From Eledone cirrhosa (taxonomy: Eukaryota), in contig OZ024761.1 in the NCBI GenBank assembly GCA_964016885.1, forward strand, positions 21,018,001-21,082,000: a stretch of 64,000 nucleotides of DNA. The letters run 5' to 3'. Position 1 is the stretch's first letter. The number at the start of each line of letters is the position of its first letter. The notes beneath the pieces were generated by a model. The model was not told the DNA's origin. It searched no databases and was given only the letters and a program-made list of their open reading frames with translations. Below are positions 56,745 through 64,000 of the stretch, in pieces. A program made the position numbers and the translations under genes.

Positions 56745-57902
56745 CTATAGCAATAGTAGTAGTGGTAGTAGTAGTAGCAGCAGTAGTAGTAGCAGTAGTA
56801 GTAGTAGCAGTAGTAGTAGTAGCAGTAGTAGTAGTAGTAGCAGTAGTAGTAGTAGTAGTAGTAGCAGCAGTAGTAGCAGCAGTAGTAGTAGCAGTAGTAG
56901 CAGTAGTAGTAGCAGTAGTAATAGCAATAGTAGTAGCAATAGTAGTAGCAGTAGTAGTAGTAGTAGCAGTAGTAGTAGCAGTAGCAGTAGTAGTAGTAGT
57001 AGTAGTAGCAGTAGCAGTAGTAGTAGTAGCAGTAGTAGTAGCAGTAGTAGTAGCAGTAGTAGTAGCAGTAGTAGTAGTAGCAGTAGTAGTAGCAATAGTA
57101 GTAGAAGTAGTAGTAGCAGTAGTAGTAGCAGTAGCAGTAGTAGTAGCAGTAGTAGTAGCAATAGTAGTAGTAGTAGTAGCAATAGTAGTAGCAGCAGTAG
57201 TAGCAGCAGTAGTAGTAGTAGTAGTAGTAGCAGTAGTAGTAGCAGCAGTAGTAGCAGTAGCAGTAGTAGTAGTAGTAGTAGTAGCAGTAGTAGTAGCAGT
57301 AGTAGCAGTAGTAGTAGTAGCAATAGTAGTAGTAGTAGTAGCAATAGTAGTAGTAGTAGTAGCAGCAGTAGTAGTAGTAGTAGTAGCAATAGTAGTAGTA
57401 GTAGTAGTAGTAGTAGTAGCAATAGTAGTAGTAGTAGTAGTAGCAATAGTAGTAGTAGTAGTAGTAGCAATAGTAGTAGTAGTAGTAGCAGTAGCAGTAG
57501 TAGTAGTAGTAGCAATAGTAGTAGTAGTAGTAGTAGTAGCAATAGTAGTAGTAGTAGTAGTAGCAATAGTAGTAGTAGTAGAAGTAGTAGTAGTAGTAGC
57601 AGTAGTAGTAGCAGTAGTAGTAGTAGTAGTAGTAGTAGTAGCAATAGTAGTAGTAGTAGAAGTAGTAGTAGTAGTAGCAGTAGTAGTAGCAGTAGTAGTA
57701 GTAGTAGTAGCAATAGTAGTAGCAGTAGTAGTAGCAGTAGTAGTAGCAGTAGTAGTAGTAGCAGTAGTAGTAGTAGCAATAGTAGTAGCAGTAGTAGTAG
57801 CAGTAGTAGTAGCAATAGTAGTAGTAGTAGTAGTAGCAATAGTAGTAGCAGTAGTAGTAGCAGTAGTAGTAGTAGTAGCAGTAGTAGTAGTAGCAGTAGC
57901 AA
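56745..57902. repeat. (AGT/AGC/AAT)n trinucleotide tract of ~1.15 kb, preceded by a SINE A fragment (56620-56725, -)
   Basis: Visible. Confidence 0.97.
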
Positions 57903-58053
57903 TGCCATTAGTCGTTAGCAATATGAATCTTAATGTTAATGATTTCATTATTGTTTCCACAGAAGACTGTTTCTCTATATGTGTGTGTGTATATATATGT
58001 GTGTGTGTGTGTGTATATATATGTGTGTGTGTGTGTGTATATATATGTGTGTG

Positions 58054-58084
<31 letters not shown>

Positions 58085-58459
58085 ATATATATGTGTGTGA
58101 GTATATATGTGTGTGTATATATATATATGTGTGTGTGTATATATATGTGTGTGTTTGTGTATATATATATGTGTGTGTGTGAGTATATATATGTGTGTGT
58201 GTATATATATATATATGTGTGTGTGTGTGTATATATATGTGTGTGAGTATATATGTGTGTGTATATATATATGTGTGTGTATATATATCTATGTGTGTGT
58301 GTGTGTATATATGTGTGTGTATATATGTGTGTGTGCATATATAAATATATGTGCGTGTGTGTACATGTGCACTTATGCGTGTATAAATGTGTATGTATAT
58401 ATATATATGTGTGTGCGCGTGTGTGTGTATAAATGTGAACTTATGCATATCTAAATGTG

Positions 58460-58544
<85 letters not shown>

Positions 58545-58570
58545 TCCTATATATGTATGGCCTTCGATCT

Positions 58571-58623
<53 letters not shown>

Positions 58624-58624
<1 letters not shown>

Positions 58625-58797
58625 ACAAAATTTAATATATAAATGGCTTCTACAAAACTAGAACTGTTTCATTCGAAGGAAATCATCAGGAAAAGCCAAA
58701 TGAAACAGTTCTAGTCCTGTAGAAGATATTTCTATATTAAATTTTATGGTATATACTTTACTTACTGTGGTTACCCCTGATTGAACCTGGGACTCAT
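58624..58797. mobile_element. Family H1 fold-back element
   Basis: Inverted arms 58628-58673 / 58700-58745 plus tail. Confidence 0.8.
58648..58692 (-). ncRNA. Type I hammerhead ribozyme (family H1)
   Basis: TTC-CTGATGA-t-TTC-cttc-GAA-t-GAAA-CAG-ttctagtt-TTG-TA-GAA. Confidence 0.72.
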
Positions 58798-58818
58798 ACA
58801 TACACCTGCACTCAGATA

Positions 58819-59305
58819 TATTGGGTTGCTGCATAATTATTGCAGCAAATCGGTAAAAATTCAGACACGTTGGGCTTCCATACTTTTCCCAGCTTTTTGA
58901 GACGACGAAAGATGGTTGAATGGTCCACATTGAAGTCTTTGGCCAACATTCTCGTTGTCAAGCTTTCGTCTTCTTCCACGGCTGCCAAAAGTACCCGGTC
59001 ATTGAAATTTGATGGTTGACCTCTTCCTTCTTCATCTGCGAGGTTTGTATCGCCTGATTTGAACTCCCTCAACCATCTTTCAACTTGGCTTTTGCTGGTT
59101 GTTCCTTCACCAAAAAGTTCATTGAGATCGTGAAATGACTGAGGCTGCATTCCAACCTTTCTCGAAGTGGTAGAGCATTATATGACGAATGTGGATAGGA
59201 TTTTCGATACACATTCTGAAAAGAGAAAAACCCGCCATTTAAAGATGTTTTTGTTAAATAAAATTTGTTGAAAAAAAGCTGCAATAATTATGCACCAACC
59301 CAATA
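58819..59305 (-). mobile_element. Internally deleted mariner transposon with both TIRs and TA TSD
   Basis: TATTGGGTTGCTGCATAATTATTGCAGC / GCTGCAATAATTATGCACCAACCCAATA (28 bp, 1 mismatch). Confidence 0.92.
58872..59214 (-). pseudogene. Mariner transposase N-terminal HTH region, frameshifted, catalytic domain deleted
   Basis: HIRHIMLYHFEKGWNAA / SFHDLNELFGEGTTSKSQVERWLREFKSGDTNLADEEGRGQP..LTTRMLAKDFNVDHSTIFRRLKKLGKVWK. Confidence 0.9.
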
Positions 59306-59310
59306 TATAT

Positions 59311-59571
59311 ATCGAGGGAGTGTACTGCGGAGTTACTGTAGGTTCACCCAGGTGAGCACTCCATGTTTAGATTCACATCTTTAGAGAGGTGTAGAGCTTT
59401 GCAGAGTGTAGTATAATAAAACAAGGACGGATTACTACCACAGAGGTCTGACGAGCTTTTGATTCCAGAGTCGGGCCACATCGACACAGATCGAACCTTG
59501 AGCTGATCAGTGGCGAAACGCGCGTCACCAGCCAATAAACGTAATGAAGGAGTAACCCCTTGTCCTTGCTG

Positions 59572-59575
<4 letters not shown>
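59311..59575. mobile_element. Hammerhead element with short inverted arms and a left-side tail
   Basis: TATAATAAAACAAGGAC..TTACT is inverted relative to AGTAA..GTCCTTGCTGTATTATA; GAGCACTC motif in the tail. Confidence 0.72.
59445..59529 (+). ncRNA. Type I hammerhead ribozyme, GUC site after 59526, long stem II insert
   Basis: GGT-CTGACGA-GC-[56 nt]-GC-GAAA-C-GCGC-G-TC-ACC. Confidence 0.85.
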
Positions 59576-59615
<40 letters not shown>

Positions 59616-59827
59616 GTGGTTACACAACAGTTAGTTCACCATCGGTACTAACTGTTGTGTAACCACTTCTACCTAACTCGTCCCATGGACTGAGTGTTCT
59701 ACCACTACGGATATTACCTTCCAGTGTTCTACCACTATATATATATATATATATATATATAGATGATGATGATGATGATGATATATATAAAGAAGAAATT
59801 AAAAGATGGTTAAAAATGCTCCATATA

Positions 59828-59891
59828 TTTTATTATGCGCATTTCGAAAACATCATCATCCTGGGACAAAAATTGTTCTCATCAGATAAAA
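59828..59891 (-). ncRNA. Type I hammerhead ribozyme, AUA site (H2-like)
   Basis: TTTTAT-CTGATGA-GAACA..TGTTTTC-GAAA-T-GCGC-A-TA-ATAAAA; element 59786-60048 with tail ACTC-CAGTT-ctacc-AACTG-tt-GAGTGC. Confidence 0.82.
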
Positions 59892-60054
59892 TAACGTAAC
59901 ATGATATGAAGCCTAAAAACACTTGTGAACAAGAAAGTGTCCATCTTTTAGTTTCTTTATATATACTCCAGTTCTACCAACTGTTGAGTGCTACTTATCT
60001 GATATATGCATAGTTTTATTGTTCTACAATATTACTCACCTCCTACATATATAT

Positions 60055-60102
<48 letters not shown>

Positions 60103-60114
60103 GTATGAATATAT

Positions 60115-60521
60115 GAGATGACCCCTTAGCCTTTGTCAAGGCAGAATTCTAGGAGAAGGAAAACTCTGATATAACACCTGCAACCCTGATGGTATCCAAT
60201 GATGTTGTCTTGTTCTTCTTTTTGGTAAATATCATCTTGGTTAAGAGAGTGGGACTGGCTTTGTGCAGTGCCTTTGCTCACCATAAAAGCTTCACGGCAC
60301 AGGCATTGCTTTATATCTGGAGATCTCTCTGCACTTGTCGTCACATGGTACCATGGGCCCAGCACTATGTGTCAGTAATTGTCACAAGTGTAGTGTTTGT
60401 ACCAGAGTTTTCAAGTCGCTGGCTGGACTAAAAAGTCACACTCGTTTAGTGCATCGGTAGGGGTTCTCCTACATGGATATAAAGTAGTGGCCGTACTCGA
60501 AAACGAGTTGGCAGCCACCAT
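60115..60521 (+). mobile_element. Second copy of the RTE-derived non-autonomous element
   Basis: Highly similar to 43436-43830. Confidence 0.8.
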
Positions 60522-60678
60522 GTATGTATGTATATATATATATATATATATATACACCACCATCATCATCACCGTTTACTGTCCATTTTTCCATGCCAGT
60601 ATGAGTTAAACACGTTGTCCCATATATACATACATATATATATGTGTATGTATGTATATATATATATGTATATATGTG

Positions 60679-60722
<44 letters not shown>

Positions 60723-60816
60723 CATGTCACTATATCCAGTCCGACGCCATTAACCTATGTAACATCCAATGATTGATTAGCCCTCAACTTCTCTCATATT
60801 AATGTATTACTTCCAG

Positions 60817-60925
<109 letters not shown>

Positions 60926-61014
60926 TATATATATATTATATATATATATATATACTATATATATATATTTTATATGTATATATAATAGCACAAAATGTAC
61001 AAACTACCATCTTA

Positions 61015-61760
61015 CATACCACTACCACCACCACCACCACCACTACCACCACTACTACTACAACTACCACCACCACCACCACTACCACCATCACCACTAC
61101 CACTACTACCACCACTACCACCACCACTACTACTACCACCACCACCACTACTACTACCACCACCACCACTAACCCCACTTCAACTACCACCACCACCACT
61201 ACCACCACTACTACTACCACTACCACCACCACCACCACTACTACTACTACTACTACCTCTACCACCACCACCACTACCACCACTACTACTACCACTACCA
61301 CTACCACCACTACCCCCACTACTACTACCACTACCACTACCACCACTACCACCACTACTACTACCACTACCACTACCACCACTACCCCCACTACCACCAC
61401 CACTACCACCACGACCACTACCACGACCACTACCACCACTACTACCACCACCACTACCACCACCACCACCACTACCACTACCACCACTACCCCCACTACA
61501 ACTACCACCACCACCACTACCCCCACTACTACTACTACCACCACCACCATTACCACTACCAGCACTACCACCACCACTACTACCACCACCACCACCACCA
61601 CTACTACCACCACCACCACCACTACTACTACCACTACCACCACTACCCCCACTACAACTACCACCACCACCACTACCCCCACTACTACTACTACCACCAC
61701 CACCACCACTACCACCACCACCACCACTACCACCACCACTACTACCACCACCACCACCAC
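61015..61760. repeat. (CAC/TAC)n trinucleotide tract
   Basis: Visible. Confidence 0.95.
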
Positions 61761-62341
61761 AGTCTTCACTATCTGTTCCAGAACTATCAATTCCTTTAAA
61801 TGTCACTGGACCATCAGTCTTTTGTCACAGACATTTGTATATGTCACTGTATGTGTATGTATAATGGGATTGAGTGTGTATATATATAGTATGTGTGTGT
61901 ATATATATATATATATAGTATGTGTATGTATAATGGGATTGAGTGTGTGTAAATATATATATAGTATGTGTGTGTATATATCAATACCGTTTTATGTCCA
62001 CTTTTCCACACTAGCATGGTTTAGACAAGTTATCCTGTTGTGGCCAATGCTAGGTCAGGTGCCCGTATCATGCTCATACAGAACTGTTTCTAGCTTGGTT
62101 TCTACAGCTGGATGCCCTTCTTAAATCTACAGAAATAAGGTTCAAACTTTTGCCCATTTCTCAGACATAGAATAGTGAGGTCAGCTTATAGTGGAGTATA
62201 ATCAATAAATAAGACAGCAATGTATTTGTTTAGCAAACAGATCTTGTTATAGTTAAGTTACTTATCTTGATGTTGCCACAAAATAGTAAAATACACTCAC
62301 TGTTTGGTTGGTTGAAATAAAGTCGTGTGTTGAAACTTATC

Positions 62342-62941
62342 ATATTTGGAGAGGGTCGGGTCATTTAGTGAAGGCGTGTGGCTGAGTGGTTAGAGAATTG
62401 GATTCACAATCGTGAGGTTGTGAGTTCGATTCCTGGACCAGGCGATGCGTTATGTCCTTGAGCAAGACACTTTATTTTACGTTGCTCCTTCTACCTGGAG
62501 TTGCGACCGGTAGATAGTATTAGTAATTGGAAAGACCAATGGAAACATTGTTTCCTCAGTCCGATTTGACGAAAGTTGATTGACTTTCAATGTTGTCCTA
62601 ATATTACCAGAAAAACAAATATTACTAGTAAAACACACTCTTAGTGAATGTATTTTACTATATATTTCTGGTGATATTAGAACATTTATTTGTTTTAGGC
62701 GATCGACTTTCGTCAAATTGGACCAAGGAAACAATGTTTCCGTTGGTCTTTCCCATTACTAATACTATCTATCGGTCACCACTCCAGGTAGAAGGAGCAA
62801 CGGGAAATAAAGTGTCTTGCTCAAGGACATAACGCATCACCTGGTCCAGGAATCGAACTGACAACCTCACGATTGTGAATCCAATTCTCTAACCACTCAG
62901 CCACACGCCTTCACTAGAACAACATGACCCACCCCAAATAT
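62342..62941. mobile_element. ~600-bp fold-back element with two convergent SINE-B heads
   Basis: 62366-62580 and 62702-62916 are reverse complements with scattered mismatches; the centre is also palindromic. Confidence 0.85.
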
Positions 62942-63384
62942 AACAATAAATAAGAACCCTTTAAAATGAGCAGTTTTGTTTCATAGAAACGGTGTCAGGT
63001 TTAGGCAAGCTGGTAACAAAAGGGTTAAAAGGTTCCTATGCCTATAGGGTTGCTTTTTGTCTTATCTCTTGCGAGGATTCCAAACTTTAACCGAGCAGTT
63101 AGGAAATGATTATTTTTGTAAATCGTTATGGCAACTAATTAAAAAGTATGACTTAATAATTGGAGTTACATTGTAAATATTTCAATTTATTGAATTGAAC
63201 TGATTTTTTTTTGTGTGGGGTGGGGTGGAGGGGGTTATTATTTGTTTTGTGGTTGTTGTTGTTGTTGTTGTTGTTTTTCAAATATTTTATTTAAATTAAT
63301 ATTGACAATAGCTACTTGTGTAAAGTAGTAGTGGTATTGTTGACAGTGAGGAGGAGAGAGAAGACATTGTTGTGGCCATATTGA

Positions 63385-63470
63385 TTTCTTTATTAGCCAC
63401 AAGGGCGCAACAAGAAAGGGGACAATACAAAGACATGCCGGGGATTTTACATACAGTCGTGTAAAAAAAT
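63385..63470 (-). mobile_element. LINE 3' terminus related to 15400-15480
   Basis: TTTCTTTATTAGCCACA..GGGGACAA..TACAAAG..TTTACATACA..CGTGTAAAA. Confidence 0.65.
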
Positions 63471-64000
63471 ATTGTGGTCATATTGTTAGTTAACTATGAA
63501 GGAAGGAGTTGATGGTGGGGATGGGGAAGGGAGGAGATAGTGGGGATGGTGGGGAAGGGAGGGGATGGTGGGGGAGGGAGGAGATGGTGGGGATGGTGGT
63601 GGTTGAAGAAGAAGAGGAAAGAGTTCTTGTCTGCTTTGTTGGTGTTGTTAGTTAACTAACAATAAAGGGAGGTGGTGGAGAGACGGGGAAGGAAGGAGAT
63701 AATGGTGGCTGAAGAAAAGGGAAGAGTTCTTGGAAAGAAGGAGATGAAGAAAGTGGGGGGACATTGGAATGAAGACAGAGAAGGAAGAAGAAAGAGTGAG
63801 TGTGGGGGAGGAAGGAAGAGTGAGTGGGGGAGGAAGGAAGGAGGAAGGAAGAGTTGACATTGAAGAAAATGGGGGGGGGGGTATTAAAGGAAGAAGAGGA
63901 AAGAGAAAAGCAAACAAAAAAGAGTTGAGAGAGTATATATAGTAGAGGGAGGAAGGGAGGGAGAGTATATATAGTATAGGGAGGGAGGGAGGGAGGGAGA

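Noticed and set aside
62372-62445. tRNA-Val gene (and similar heads at 33310 and 62837-62910)
   Set aside because: Acceptor stem is not properly paired and the sequence continues into a SINE body

Overview
Repeat-saturated, AT-rich animal genomic DNA. The SINE/LINE repertoire and microsatellite density suggest a cephalopod such as Octopus (inference). Almost every ORF in the supplied track is a translation of (TA)n/(CA)n/(GTA)n/(CAC)n microsatellites or minisatellites. Recognisable content: two tRNA-derived SINE families, several RTE-clade LINE remnants, a Tx1/L1-like 3' end, an internally deleted mariner with intact TIRs, a piggyBac-like MITE and many minisatellites. No host gene is securely identified; there are only weak minus-strand exon candidates near 1.7-1.9 kb. 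Main result: the short unique-looking islands inside (TA)n tracts are non-coding, often fold-back elements. Read by eye, they carry about 12 well-formed minimal type I hammerhead ribozyme cores (CUGANGA-stem II-GAAA-short, often palindromic stem III-UH) from at least 6 families with no obvious sequence similarity. Most of these families share a 3' tail with a covarying ACTC-loop-GAGTRC hairpin. The architecture resembles non-autonomous Penelope-like (pLTR) or retrozyme elements. A ~600-bp fold-back built from two convergent SINE heads lies at 62.3-62.9 kb. All structures were read manually and none was computed or tested.
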